Source: an uncultured Methanosarcinales archaeon (lineage in GTDB: Archaea; Halobacteriota; Methanosarcinia; Methanotrichales; Methanotrichaceae). Taken from it: a stretch of DNA of 64,000 nt. The DNA lies in the NCBI GenBank assembly GCA_963843555.1, contig CAWJKV010000005.1, positions 289,849 through 353,848 on the forward strand, in the 5' to 3' direction. The notes beneath the pieces were generated by a model. It did no database searches, was not told the DNA's origin, and saw nothing but the letters and a program-made list of their open reading frames with translations. Below are positions 63,949-64,000 of this stretch, one piece after another. A program made the translations under genes and the position numbers. Position 1 is the stretch's first letter; each line of letters begins with the position of its first letter.

Positions 63949-64000
63949 CTCAGGTTGCCCGCATGGCCGCTTGCGCGCGCGGGCGGGCGCTCGCATGCAC
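63949..64000 (+). repeat. Palindromic repeat family C, copy 4 (cut by the window end)
   Basis: ATGGCCGCTTGCGCGCGCGGGCGGGCGCTCGCATGCAC identical to copy 3. Confidence 0.9.

Noticed and set aside
56541..64000. CRISPR array
   Set aside because: Repeats are long, irregularly spaced by 0.8-5 kb and separated by genes; no cas genes.

Overview
This is an archaeal chromosomal segment from a Methanosarcinales/Methanotrichales-type methanogen, most likely Methanothrix. That call is an inference from MC1, cfbC-cfbB, comD/comE, marker-16 protein, duplicated S-layer domains and a two-unit EndA. Core genes cover glycogen phosphorylase, purP, F430 synthesis, ahcY, the spt5-L11-L1-P0-L12 cluster, endA, CoA synthesis, CoM synthesis, SAM synthetase and rfcL, plus two intron-containing tRNAs. 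Many conserved genes, including ribosomal proteins, carry single-base frameshifts, so the assembly probably contains indel errors. Accessory material includes (1) a ~6 kb decayed island at tRNA-Met, closed by a degenerate att repeat and carrying a type IIG restriction-modification gene; (2) a putative second island starting at a tRNA-Leu 3' fragment (56.4 kb) and running off the window, dense in toxin-antitoxin modules; and (3) at least two families of GC-rich palindromic non-coding repeats that show structure-conserving variation and sit at accessory-gene boundaries, one family bracketing genes like cassettes. Other notable items are a candidate anti-Shine-Dalgarno sRNA, an L1-type operator hairpin, RelE toxins with a conserved C-terminal extension paired with minimal antitoxins, and strongly diverged GAPDH-, Phi- and HisB-like proteins. 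All family calls come from motif recognition by eye; no searches were run.
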